Assembly: GCA_016202875.1 (NCBI GenBank)
Contig: JACQNX010000054.1
Location: 1 to 47,749 of the forward strand
DNA: 47,749 nt
Source of the DNA: Candidatus Aenigmatarchaeota archaeon
Lineage (GTDB): Archaea; Aenigmatarchaeota; Aenigmatarchaeia; GW2011-AR5
Reading direction: 5' to 3'
The translations under genes were made by a program, and so were the position numbers. Shown in pieces: positions 1 to 9,173 of the stretch; within the stretch, counting starts at the first letter, position 1, and the number at the start of each line of letters is the position of its first letter. Below the pieces are notes generated by a model. The model did not search any database. It worked only from the letters and a program-made list of their open reading frames with translations, and was not told where the DNA came from.

Positions 1-2
1 TC

Positions 3-455
3 AGAAGAAAGATGCTGCAAGAGATCGGGGTTTTTGATAGTGCTTACTTCTATGGTAATGAGGATACGGACATCGGGTGGAGGGCGAATATTGCCGGCTG
101 GAAAGTAATATTCAATCCCAATGCAGTTGCATACCATGAAGAGAATGCCACAATTAAAAATATGGCATGGTACACCACATTTCATGGCACTAAAAACAGA
201 ATAAGGTCATTAATGAAAAACTATTCCAGTACAAATGTGATCAAATATCTCTCACTTCACCTGCTTATGGTGCTGGGTAAGACAGTAATCAGCAACAACA
301 AATCAGCACGGTTAAATGCGATTGCCTGGAATGCTGTGCATATTTTATCAACACTCCAAGAGCGCCAGCATGTTCAGAAAACAAGGAAGATAGACGATAA
401 AGAAATAATGGCGTACGTCTTTTCGCGACGGCTTCCAAAAAGAGCAAAATCATAG
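3..455 (+). CDS. glycosyltransferase family 2, C-terminal fragment (5' end outside window)
   Basis: The frame is open from the window edge. 'FYGNEDTDIGWRANIAGWKVIFNPNAVAYH' matches the GT2 C-terminal (ED...R...G...H) region. TAG stop at 453-455. Confidence 0.7.
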   Translation, partial: RRKMLQEIGVFDSAYFYGNEDTDIGWRANIAGWKVIFNPNAVAYHEENATIKNMAWYTTFHGTKNRIRSLMKNYSSTNVIKYLSLHLLMVLGKTVISNNKSARLNAIAWNAVHILSTLQERQHVQKTRKIDDKEIMAYVFSRRLPKRAKS

Positions 456-581
456 TTCAGTTTTTGCACCAAAAGATATTGTTAGTGATAATGCTTTTAT
501 AGTAACATACAATTAAGTATTTAGCAACTGATACCACGATACCGTAAACTTAAGGGCTAGATACAGCTAACTGGTGAAAAT

Positions 582-2006
582 ATGGCGAATATACTCATCT
601 GCGACTTACCGTGGAAAGGCAAGAAATATGCTGGCAGAACAGGCATGCGCTGGGCGCATACATCAAACAAAGAGCCTGTTGTAAGCTTCAGGCCTTTTCC
701 ATTTTACCTTGCTACCACTGCGGCTGTGCTGGAGAATGGCGGGCACAGGGTAATGATTTTGGATGCGCTTGCCGAGCGGCTGGACGACGAGACATTCTTC
801 AAGAGGGCTGTTGACTTCCAACCAGATTTTATTCTTGCAGAGGTTCACACACCTTCATACAATAATGACAGATTTTATTTTGCAGAGCTGAAGAAGGCCA
901 CAGGCGCTAAGAATATTTTCGTAGGGCCACATCCAACAGCTATGCCAGAGCAGGTGATTAAGGAAAACCCAGGAGTAGCGGATTTTGTTGTTATCTCGGA
1001 ATACGATTTTCTGGCACTGGATATAGCAGAAGGGCGTGTGGGAGAAGGGATTGTGAAGCAGCATGAGGTTACAGACATAAACAAAATACCATGGCCTGCA
1101 CGTCACCTATTCAAGATGAATTTGTACAATGAGGTGTTCTGCCGAGAGTATCCAAATATACAGCTCATGGGCTCGCGCGGGTGCCCTTTCATGTGCACTT
1201 ACTGCAATGTCTTTACCATGAATAACTTCACGCGCAAGCAAAGAACGAGAGAGCCTAAAGACATATGGGATGAGGCAGAATTTGTCGTAGCCAAGCACAA
1301 ACCCAAGGAACTTTACTTTGATGACGATATAATAAATGCCACACCAAAATGGTTTGATGCATTCCTTCAAGAGAAGATTGACAGAGGCATTGATATTCCT
1401 TTCACATGCATGGGACATGTAAATATCAGCGAACAACTGCTGGAAAAAATGAAACAGGCAAACTGCGTTGGCTGGAAATTGGGCATCGAATCTACTGATG
1501 ACAATGTACTCAGGACGCTCAGGAAAGGAACAAACCACGCTATACAGATGAGGACACTAGGCAAGTGCAAGGAACTTGGGATAAAATGCCACCTGAATTT
1601 CTGCATAGGACTGCCCGGGGACACGGAAGAAACAGTCAAGAAGACGCTAGAGTTTGCAGAATCGTGGGGCGATCATTATCAGGTAAGCATTGCCGCGCCG
1701 CTGCCCGGAACAGAACTTTTTGAAGCTGCCTTGAAGAACAGTTGGATACAGGAAATAAACTGGGATGAGTTTGATGGTATGGAGGATGCTATTATACAGT
1801 ATCCGCATCTTCCTATTGACACACTCAAGAAACTTGCCATGCGAGGTCAGAGCAACACTTACAAGAAAACCCTGCTCACAGGGGAATGGAAGAAATATGT
1901 AAAAATGATTTACAATGAAAGAGGCGTGACTGGAGTGGCAAAGCTCGTTTTCATCCGCGGCCCTGGTATAACAAAAGAAATACTATTTTCTCGCAGCGCT
2001 GATTAA
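582..2006 (+). CDS. B12-binding-domain radical SAM protein (HpnJ-like N-terminus)
   Basis: 474 aa. CX3CX2C cluster 'GCPFMCTYC'. N-terminal Rossmann-like B12-binding region 'ICDLP..YAGRTGMRWAHTS..FPFYLATTAAVLENGGHRVMILDA'. GGTGA Shine-Dalgarno about 8 nt upstream of the ATG. Confidence 0.85.
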   Translation: MANILICDLPWKGKKYAGRTGMRWAHTSNKEPVVSFRPFPFYLATTAAVLENGGHRVMILDALAERLDDETFFKRAVDFQPDFILAEVHTPSYNNDRFYFAELKKATGAKNIFVGPHPTAMPEQVIKENPGVADFVVISEYDFLALDIAEGRVGEGIVKQHEVTDINKIPWPARHLFKMNLYNEVFCREYPNIQLMGSRGCPFMCTYCNVFTMNNFTRKQRTREPKDIWDEAEFVVAKHKPKELYFDDDIINATPKWFDAFLQEKIDRGIDIPFTCMGHVNISEQLLEKMKQANCVGWKLGIESTDDNVLRTLRKGTNHAIQMRTLGKCKELGIKCHLNFCIGLPGDTEETVKKTLEFAESWGDHYQVSIAAPLPGTELFEAALKNSWIQEINWDEFDGMEDAIIQYPHLPIDTLKKLAMRGQSNTYKKTLLTGEWKKYVKMIYNERGVTGVAKLVFIRGPGITKEILFSRSAD

Positions 2007-2034
2007 GTAAAGGCTAAATGTTGGGGATAGTGTT

Positions 2035-3069
2035 ATGTACTATGACATCAGGATGAGATATGCCAAGAAGCAAGAAAAGACACAAATTAAAAAAATAGAG
2101 GAAGACATTGGAATAAGAATAAACGAGATCACAAACCTTATCAGAAACAGATTCAGTGATTATGTGCTCTCTTTTGGCCTGACAGGACCTATGGCGCATG
2201 GAGAAGCTACTATATTTTTCCATGGTGACAAGACAGGCAGCGATGTGGATCTTGCGATTGTGACAAAATACCGTTCGCTGAGAAAACAAAAAGCGTTGGA
2301 AAGAGAAATCAGGAAAGCATTTGGCGGTACGGGACTGGAAACCGGGCCTCTATTTTTTGCGCCGACTATATTTGAGAGGCCTGATTTGCTTTTTTCAGAA
2401 TATGCTCGTGCAGGGCAAGTTCTCTTTGGTGAGCACGTCAAGTGCAATAAAGATATAGCTGTATGGGAAGCTGCAAAGATACTAACATCGCGATGTGGTG
2501 CATTTTTTGAGAATATTTCGTTTAGCGATGGGATAATGCTTTCTCAGAAATTTCCTTATGCATGGTCAAAGTCTGTCATGGCTGTTGCGGAGGCTATGCT
2601 TGTGCTGGAAAACAGATACGCATTTTCCATTCAGGAGCGCACTAGGAAGATAAAGAATTCTAAATACGCGAGGCACATGCCAGGATTTCTAAACCTCTAT
2701 CAAAAAGCATACATATGCAGGTACACAGGAAAGCTGCCAAAACAAAGAGGCCTCATCGCGGATACGGCCAGTTTCATCTCTTTTGCTTTTAATGAAACAG
2801 CAAAGATACTGACTGAAAAGAGTGGGAAAGACCTTGCAGACCTTGGCGCACCATTTCCTAGCATAATTTCTACACGCTTCTTCTATTTCATAAACATGCT
2901 GAAGAACCGGCATATCGGAATTCCATTATCCGAACCTTTGGTCAAGGAATTTGCAGAGATGGGAAAGATGTTTGAACAACTCAAAGCAGGCGAGATGCCA
3001 TCTGAAAAAGCAAGGCAACAGAGTGTAGAATTGTGGAAACATGCAGAACGATTCTGGTTACCATACTAA
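2035..3069 (+). CDS. Pol-beta-superfamily nucleotidyltransferase domain protein with helical C-terminal domain
   Basis: 'LTGPMAHGEATIFFHGDKTGSDVDLAIV' fits the hG[GS]x9-13DhDh NTase motif. The rest is helical with no motif I recognise. Confidence 0.55.
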   Translation: MYYDIRMRYAKKQEKTQIKKIEEDIGIRINEITNLIRNRFSDYVLSFGLTGPMAHGEATIFFHGDKTGSDVDLAIVTKYRSLRKQKALEREIRKAFGGTGLETGPLFFAPTIFERPDLLFSEYARAGQVLFGEHVKCNKDIAVWEAAKILTSRCGAFFENISFSDGIMLSQKFPYAWSKSVMAVAEAMLVLENRYAFSIQERTRKIKNSKYARHMPGFLNLYQKAYICRYTGKLPKQRGLIADTASFISFAFNETAKILTEKSGKDLADLGAPFPSIISTRFFYFINMLKNRHIGIPLSEPLVKEFAEMGKMFEQLKAGEMPSEKARQQSVELWKHAERFWLPY

Positions 3070-3081
3070 TTGCTACCTGGT

Positions 3082-4233
3082 TTATAAACCTGCAGCCTTT
3101 TTAATAAACTTGAACAACTCAATAATCTTTATTTCTTTCTTGTGCACAAGAAGGTTCGTTACAAAAACTCCTTTAGAATCTGGGAAAGCAGGATCAAAGC
3201 CGTGCCAGCCTTTCAGGCCGCCTTTTATCGGTGCAAAGTAATCTGGGAAGATGCGTGTTTCAGGATCTGCGAGAAATATCAGTTCGCCATAGCGTGTCTT
3301 GTCGGGAAAATCAATCCTATACCTTTTAAGCAATTTGCTGTCAAGAAATGTTATTCCCTTTACACTTGCCAGTGTTGATATGATTGCCTGTTTTGCCTCT
3401 TCTGTGGCAGGCCAGAAGCGTGCCATAGTAGAGTCGTAGAATGCGATATAGTCTCTGCCGTTTTTTAATTTCGTTACTGATAAAATTTTCTGGATGTTAA
3501 TAAAATTCTTCACCTCGCACATGCCATGGTCAGAAAACAGCATGAAATGTATTTTGCTGTGCAAGCGCCTTGCATTTTCAAGAAGCTCCTTTATCTTGTT
3601 GTCAGCTTTTTGGAGATAATTCATCACCTGCACAGAATAAGGGCCATGTATATGACCCAGCTCATCAGAGCGGTAGAGATAGTAAAAGTCTATATCGCTG
3701 TCTGTGAGCGTCATATCTTCTAACGTCCTGTACTCACCAAAATAGCCTTCAGAATCTGATTGCTTTGAATACGTGATGCCTTTTTTATCCAGCAATTCGA
3801 ATAGCGTACCTTTTGGCTCTGGAAGATTGTTGGAGAAATAGGGCGCTACATCTATGGGAATTGCAGGTGGCAGTGGCACGACTCTATTTTTGATAAATTT
3901 TGGTGTAAGCATTTTCCCTCCAGGAAGCAAGAAGTAGGGTGCCTTCATCATTGCCAATACATTCTTTCTGATGAAGTGTGTCGGAAAACATTTCAATAAC
4001 CTCGTCCATGTGAAGGGCGAATGCTCAGGATCATAATAAAATGTTGTGAACATACCATGCTCATCCTGGTACTTCCCGCTCCAGATGCTGGGATGGATGC
4101 CGATGCTATAGCCTAGCATAGAAACGATGCTGGCATAACAATGCTTTTTGGCAAAGGCAGTGATAAATGGCATGCCAGCTTTCATCTGTCTCGGATTTAC
4201 ACCATCTATCAAGATTGCAATGGTTTTTGTCAT
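3082..4233 (-). CDS. alkaline-phosphatase superfamily enzyme (nucleotide pyrophosphatase/phosphodiesterase-like)
   Basis: 'IAILIDGV' (metal Asp), 'GYSIGIHPSIWSGKYQDEHGM' (NPP-like nucleophile/HG region) and 'LFSDHGM' (DHG metal site). Confidence 0.7.
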   Translation of the reverse strand: MTKTIAILIDGVNPRQMKAGMPFITAFAKKHCYASIVSMLGYSIGIHPSIWSGKYQDEHGMFTTFYYDPEHSPFTWTRLLKCFPTHFIRKNVLAMMKAPYFLLPGGKMLTPKFIKNRVVPLPPAIPIDVAPYFSNNLPEPKGTLFELLDKKGITYSKQSDSEGYFGEYRTLEDMTLTDSDIDFYYLYRSDELGHIHGPYSVQVMNYLQKADNKIKELLENARRLHSKIHFMLFSDHGMCEVKNFINIQKILSVTKLKNGRDYIAFYDSTMARFWPATEEAKQAIISTLASVKGITFLDSKLLKRYRIDFPDKTRYGELIFLADPETRIFPDYFAPIKGGLKGWHGFDPAFPDSKGVFVTNLLVHKKEIKIIELFKFIKKAAGL

Positions 4234-4284
4234 GCTTATATGCTAAACGATAATTTTTAATAACACTCTAAGGATAGAGGAGCA

Positions 4285-4923
4285 TCACTTATGGCCAGCG
4301 CTTTTCTTTGCAACTATCAGTAGAAATGGCATGCCTGCTATGCGAATTCTGCGCCTGAGAGTTGTGTATGGCAGCTCTTTCAAGTACTTTTCTATTCGGG
4401 TACCTGTATAGCCCACTTTTTCAAATATAACAAGACTACCATTGTCTACTAGCATTTTATCTATATTTTTTGCCACCTGGCTTACATAATTTTCCGGAAT
4501 GTAAGGCAGAATGCCAACGCATAAGATGAGATCATATTTCCCTCTGCAATAATTGATGACATCGTGATGCAGGAACCTGACTTTTTTGTTGTTTTGCATG
4601 GCCACATTTAATGCTGTTGCAGAAATATCAATTGCTGTTACAGACGGGATTGTGACTGCGAGCTTGGCTGTGATAAAACCATAACCACAACCAAGGTCCA
4701 GCGCAGATCTGTACTGTTTGTGAGGGATATTCTTGACAATATCCTGTGCGATCTGTTTATGGTATTCAAGAGAGCCAAAACCCTTCCTCTTTTTATACGT
4801 ATGCTCAAATCTCTTTTTTCTCAGGAAGGAAAATCTGTTCAGACCATGCCTATACAACCTGCTCGCAAACATGTAGAGTTTACTCATACAAACAACTCTG
4901 TGCAGAAACAATAAGAACTTCAC
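4285..4923 (-). CDS. class I SAM-dependent methyltransferase
   Basis: Motif I 'ALDLGCGYGFI'. The GTG start overlaps the upstream TGA (GTGA); an ATG 12 codons downstream is an alternative start. Confidence 0.8.
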   Translation of the reverse strand: MKFLLFLHRVVCMSKLYMFASRLYRHGLNRFSFLRKKRFEHTYKKRKGFGSLEYHKQIAQDIVKNIPHKQYRSALDLGCGYGFITAKLAVTIPSVTAIDISATALNVAMQNNKKVRFLHHDVINYCRGKYDLILCVGILPYIPENYVSQVAKNIDKMLVDNGSLVIFEKVGYTGTRIEKYLKELPYTTLRRRIRIAGMPFLLIVAKKSAGHK

Positions 4924-5339
4924 TTAGGGGCATCTTCTTTCTTTTCAAGCCACAAGACTTCTGGGAATTCGCCAGACACTGTACCATCTTGCACATACTT
5001 GACTCCGGTCTTCATACAGATCCATGCACGTGCCAGCTCTTTGCCAAGATAAGCTGCATGGTCCATGCGCGAGAGAAGGCCCTCTGCTATAATTAGTTGG
5101 CAAATCTTCTGCGGGCTTTTCCCCTTTACTAATATTTTTATGTTGTTGACATCATCGTATTCACAGACGCCTACTTCCACCTCTTGCGTCTCTTCATTAA
5201 CACGGATCAGAAAATAGCCTACAGGATCTGCTATCCATTCATATGTCTTATCATCTGCAGTAATTACTTTTGCATTATTCCACTGGATTGCATTCCATAT
5301 ATATTTCTTCACATCTTCTTTCATCGCCATCAATTCCAA
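4920..5339 (-). CDS. small DUF4346-like protein
   Basis: 139 aa. 'DPVGYFLIRV...HAAYLGKELARAW...KYVQD' resembles my recollection of the DUF4346 domain, which is often fused to pterin/corrinoid methyltransfer proteins. Tightly coupled to both flanking genes. Confidence 0.45.
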   Translation of the reverse strand: MELMAMKEDVKKYIWNAIQWNNAKVITADDKTYEWIADPVGYFLIRVNEETQEVEVGVCEYDDVNNIKILVKGKSPQKICQLIIAEGLLSRMDHAAYLGKELARAWICMKTGVKYVQDGTVSGEFPEVLWLEKKEDAPK

Positions 5340-5342
5340 AAC

Positions 5343-6596
5343 TCAATAATATGTCATACCTTCTTTTATGGCCTCACGGCCTTTTTTGCAAAATTCCAAA
5401 ATCTCTTCGGCAGTGAGGTTATTATGCTTGATAAGAATCTGGTTTGCACCACCTTTGCCTACTTGGTAGTAATTTTCCCAGCTACTGCCTTCAGGCTTTA
5501 TGATTTCTATGCCAAAGTTCTGTGGATTTTCCCAGAGCGGTGTTGCAGGAAACGGCGTGAGGGGATAAAAGTCGCAATACTCTATTTTTAGAGACTTTGC
5601 AAATTCTATTGTCTGCTGCGCTGTTTCCTTTGTCTCACCGGGCAGGCCTATGATAAAGAAGCCTTTTATCTTTATGTCAAGCTCATGGCACCAGTTCACT
5701 GTTTGCCGTGTTCTTTCTAGGCTGGCACCTTTGCGAATATTTCTGAGGATCTGTTCATTGCCCGACTCAAAGCCGAAACTCAGGACGTCACAGCCTGCTG
5801 ATTTCATCGTTTTGAGCAACTCATAGTCTACAAGATCCACGCGCGTTGTGGCGCGCCATTTTATGGGCGGGAGGCGCTCTTTCATCAACCTGCAGATTTC
5901 ATAGACGCGCTGCTTGTTGAATGTGAATATGTCATCAACAAAGTAAAACGCACGGATGTTGTATTTGTTTACAAGTAGTTCTAGTTCTTGGACGACGTTT
6001 TCAGGACTTCTCGGGCGCCATTTTTTAATTTTAGCCGAGCCGCAAAACACGCACCCATAAACACAACCACGGCTTGATGATACAGTAATAGCTTTCTCGC
6101 CTCCAATAAGCATGGAGTATCTTTCAAGCCTTATTCCTTCGTAATCAGGGAATGGCAATTCATCAAGGTTTTCCACTGGCGGCGAAACTATTATTTTGAT
6201 GTTTGACTTTTCCTCAATAATTTTTTTCAAGCCGTTTTCCCCATCACCAACGACAATATAGTCAAATGCTTCAAGAGTGGGTTTTTCATTGGGTACATCT
6301 GTGACATGATTTCCACCAGCTACAAGCAGTCCTGTAAAGCCGGATGCACGAATCTCTTTTGCCAAGGCTATGCAGCTGTTATAATTTGGTGTTGAAACAG
6401 ATATGCAGATAATATCAGGCGTCTCGTGCTTTATCGCCTCCATTAATTGTTCCCTGGTTTCATGATTCAAATCAAACAGTGCTGTTTCATGCCATATGCT
6501 TTTGAGATAAGAAGACAGACAGGCGATGCCTAAAGGCGGACGGTCCCCAGGGTGTTCGAGGAACCAGTCATGCGGACTTACAAGGAATATTTTCAT
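5343..6596 (-). CDS. B12-binding-domain radical SAM protein (class B type)
   Basis: 417 aa. 'PPLGIACLSSYLK' B12-domain N-terminus and CX3CX2C 'GCVYGCVFC'. Confidence 0.85.
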   Translation of the reverse strand: MKIFLVSPHDWFLEHPGDRPPLGIACLSSYLKSIWHETALFDLNHETREQLMEAIKHETPDIICISVSTPNYNSCIALAKEIRASGFTGLLVAGGNHVTDVPNEKPTLEAFDYIVVGDGENGLKKIIEEKSNIKIIVSPPVENLDELPFPDYEGIRLERYSMLIGGEKAITVSSSRGCVYGCVFCGSAKIKKWRPRSPENVVQELELLVNKYNIRAFYFVDDIFTFNKQRVYEICRLMKERLPPIKWRATTRVDLVDYELLKTMKSAGCDVLSFGFESGNEQILRNIRKGASLERTRQTVNWCHELDIKIKGFFIIGLPGETKETAQQTIEFAKSLKIEYCDFYPLTPFPATPLWENPQNFGIEIIKPEGSSWENYYQVGKGGANQILIKHNNLTAEEILEFCKKGREAIKEGMTYY

Positions 6597-6600
6597 ACGA

Positions 6601-7296
6601 TCACTTTTTTGCTTTTATTATAAATATCATGGCAAATCTGTTGGGTACTCTATTGGCAAGTCGCAGTTTCAAACCAAAAGGAAGAAGGTGCAGACCATAT
6701 GCCACTGTATGTATAAAGAATTTTTTCATGCTTTTAAGCTTAACCATATCTTCGAGTGTTTCTTTTTCAATGAAGCCTGGCGTGTACTTAATTTCTTTTA
6801 CCTGTAAACCTGCATCATGTAAAGCCTGCAGCGCATCACTGAGACACCATCTTTTTTTATGATGTATCCCATCTGCTGGCAGATTTGGCACGCCAAGAAC
6901 CAGCGTGCCGCCCGGTTTTAGACACTTTCTTATCTGCCTCAACATATTTACAGGTTTTTCTATATGTTCGATTGTCTCAAAACAAATAATAGTATCAAAT
7001 GAATTTTCTGGCACAGGGTATTTGCCTTGCACATCTGCCTGAACTGTTTTGAATCCGCGCCTGTGCGCTTCCTTTAATCCTGATTTTGATATATCCAACA
7101 CAGTTGCCTTTTTAACATCCAACCATTCAAGGAACTGTCCATTACCTCCGCCTACATCAAGCACCTTAAGACCTTCAACGGGCTTGATAAATTCCTTTAT
7201 GTGATTATAGCGCAAATCGTAGTAATCCATGCCGCGCTGTATATGCTCCTCTTCCCAATAATGTTCATAGTATTTTTCATAATCAAAGTTTTCCAT
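6601..7296 (-). CDS. class I SAM-dependent methyltransferase
   Basis: Motif I 'VLDVGGGNGQF' and post-I 'VLDIS'. Overlaps the upstream gene by 14 nt. Confidence 0.85.
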   Translation of the reverse strand: MENFDYEKYYEHYWEEEHIQRGMDYYDLRYNHIKEFIKPVEGLKVLDVGGGNGQFLEWLDVKKATVLDISKSGLKEAHRRGFKTVQADVQGKYPVPENSFDTIICFETIEHIEKPVNMLRQIRKCLKPGGTLVLGVPNLPADGIHHKKRWCLSDALQALHDAGLQVKEIKYTPGFIEKETLEDMVKLKSMKKFFIHTVAYGLHLLPFGLKLRLANRVPNRFAMIFIIKAKK

Positions 7297-8020
7297 TCTT
7301 CAACACCACAAAAGCTTCTCTCAGAGTGATGAACTCTACTTCCATTTCCACTAATTTTTCTATCAAATCTTTAAATTCCTGAAACTTTTTGTACTGATAA
7401 TATGTATGAAAACCCAGCACAAATATGCCATTTTTGGATTCAACGCTTTTGATGATGTAGTTTTTGATTATAGCGTAATCTTCCTCATTTACATCCATCT
7501 GCCATTGCTTTGGGAGGCGCAGCCATGGTATTTCGTAAAGTGTCCCAAGGTCTAGGAGCTTTTTTACCGGATAAAATGTACCTACAGACGAGTCGATGGA
7601 AAAGCCCGCATTTTTTACATTTTCTACTGATTGCTCATCTCTTGATGTCCATGGAAAGCGCCATGACACGACATTCCCATCGTATTTGCTGAGCTCTTTA
7701 TAGCATTCCTTTGCACTCTGGTAACTGCCCTCTCTTTCTTCTCTTGAGTGAGACAGGCTATGACCTGCTATTTCATGAGCCATATTTACAAGCTGCTTGA
7801 TAATTTCTGGTTTTGTCTGGTCAAGGGTGAGGAAAAACGTTGCCGGGATGTGCCTTGATTTGAGATACTCTGCTATTTCTATATTTTTTGCGTCAATATA
7901 GTCATCAAAAGTCAGAACCACTATTTTTCTTTTTGCACGGCCTGAAGACACATAACCAAGATACTCAACTACTCTTTTGAAAAAAAAGTAAGCCCTGACA
8001 TACACAAGGCTCACCACCAC
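7283..8020 (-). CDS. polysaccharide deacetylase (NodB homology domain)
   Basis: 'VVLTFDDY' (TFDD motif) and 'AGHSLSHS' (HSxxH motif). The GTG start overlaps the upstream gene by 10 nt. Confidence 0.8.
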   Translation of the reverse strand: MVVSLVYVRAYFFFKRVVEYLGYVSSGRAKRKIVVLTFDDYIDAKNIEIAEYLKSRHIPATFFLTLDQTKPEIIKQLVNMAHEIAGHSLSHSREEREGSYQSAKECYKELSKYDGNVVSWRFPWTSRDEQSVENVKNAGFSIDSSVGTFYPVKKLLDLGTLYEIPWLRLPKQWQMDVNEEDYAIIKNYIIKSVESKNGIFVLGFHTYYQYKKFQEFKDLIEKLVEMEVEFITLREAFVVLKNGKL

Positions 8021-9018
8021 GCAACCTGCGCGGCCCTGTAGAGCTTACTGCAGCCGCGGCAAAGCGCAACTTTGTCTCCCATCTTCTGCCGGTGCAAATC
8101 CCTTATTTTAGAATACAGCTCGCCATCCCAGATATCAGCCAGGCTCTGAGTGCCGGCGTCGCCAAGAATGACTTTGCCGTCGAAATCAACACAGCACAGC
8201 GCTACCTTTCCGCTGCTCAGCACGATCATTTCATTCCACAAACGCCTGCACGGATAAACGATCTTTGACCTCTCCACCTCAAGCCCGCCTTCGTGGCCCT
8301 CTCCCTCCCTGTTGTCAACGATCCCGAAGTCGTAGCCGTCCACTACACCATTCCAGAGCTTCTTGAACAAATCCAGTTCGTGGTAGTTCTCTTTCTGGAT
8401 TGTGCAATTGACTTCAATTGCCGGCTCGCTCATCCCGCGCCTGTTCCTCTCTTCAACAAGGCGCCTTATATTCGCCGTCACCATGTCAAATTTGCCGCCT
8501 ATCCTTATTTTTTCATACGTTTCTTTGGTGCCGCCGTCGAAGCTGAATATGATTTTATGCGGCGGATTCTCGAGCAGCTTGCTTATCTTTCCCTCATTAA
8601 GGACTGTGCCATTGGAGTAAAACATGACGTACATCCCCCTGCCCCTTACGAATGCAATGCGCTCGAACAGATGGGGGTCCAAAAACGGCTCGCTATAGAA
8701 AGAAAGAATCAGGGATTTCACGCCCATCGCTTCCGCGTCCAGCGTGATTTTTTTGAACAGTTCCATGGGCATGGTGGCCTTCGCGCGCGTCATATCCTTA
8801 TAGGGGCACATGATGCATTTCAGGTTGCAGAGATTGAATGTTTCAATGGAGATGGCCTGCGGGAGCTGGACATCACTTAAAACAGAATTAACCCTTTTTG
8901 TGTAGATTTTGTCATAAGCGATGTAAAAAGGGTACCTATTAATGAGGGCAAAAATTATCTTTTTCAGGCTGTAGTGGTCGTTCACGAACTGGCGGACAGA
9001 ATGATAGAGTTTTTGCAT
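8011..9018 (-). CDS. radical SAM protein with SPASM/twitch-type C-terminal Cys cluster
   Basis: CX3CX2C 'CNLKCIMC'. C-terminal 'CRRLW...ALCCVDFDGK...CRGC'. I prefer the ATG at 9018; the track start at 9054 is a TTG. Confidence 0.8.
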   Translation of the reverse strand: MQKLYHSVRQFVNDHYSLKKIIFALINRYPFYIAYDKIYTKRVNSVLSDVQLPQAISIETFNLCNLKCIMCPYKDMTRAKATMPMELFKKITLDAEAMGVKSLILSFYSEPFLDPHLFERIAFVRGRGMYVMFYSNGTVLNEGKISKLLENPPHKIIFSFDGGTKETYEKIRIGGKFDMVTANIRRLVEERNRRGMSEPAIEVNCTIQKENYHELDLFKKLWNGVVDGYDFGIVDNREGEGHEGGLEVERSKIVYPCRRLWNEMIVLSSGKVALCCVDFDGKVILGDAGTQSLADIWDGELYSKIRDLHRQKMGDKVALCRGCSKLYRAAQVAWW

Positions 9019-9143
9019 AAAACCACAGCCGACTTCGCAATTACCACTAAGCAAAACAGCTTAAAAACCAATGTCTTCCGGCGCGCTATAAAGACTTTTT
9101 GGGGCGAACAGTGAACTGAGTTTCCAAGCGCGCGATTTCAATG

Positions 9144-9151
9144 TTTTTAAG
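9144..9151 (+). promoter_or_regulatory. TATA-like box positioned for a leaderless GT2 transcript
   Basis: 'TTTTTAAG' is centred about 26 nt upstream of the ATG at 9174. Confidence 0.35.
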
Positions 9152-9173
9152 TTTTGCATCCAGCATTGTTTAG

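Noticed and set aside
3082-9054. An anaerobic sulfatase-maturase (SPASM rSAM) plus sulfatase pair.
   Set aside because: The AlkP-fold protein at 3082-4233 lacks a C/S-x-P-x-R formylglycine target motif and looks NPP-like instead ('HPSIWSG..HGM'). In addition, the two genes sit at opposite ends of the operon.
582-9054. A RiPP biosynthetic cluster (rSAM/SPASM plus methyltransferases).
   Set aside because: I found no plausible short precursor-peptide ORF next to any of the three rSAM genes. The surrounding genes (GT2, GT9, NDP-sugar enzymes, deacetylase) point to carbohydrate chemistry.
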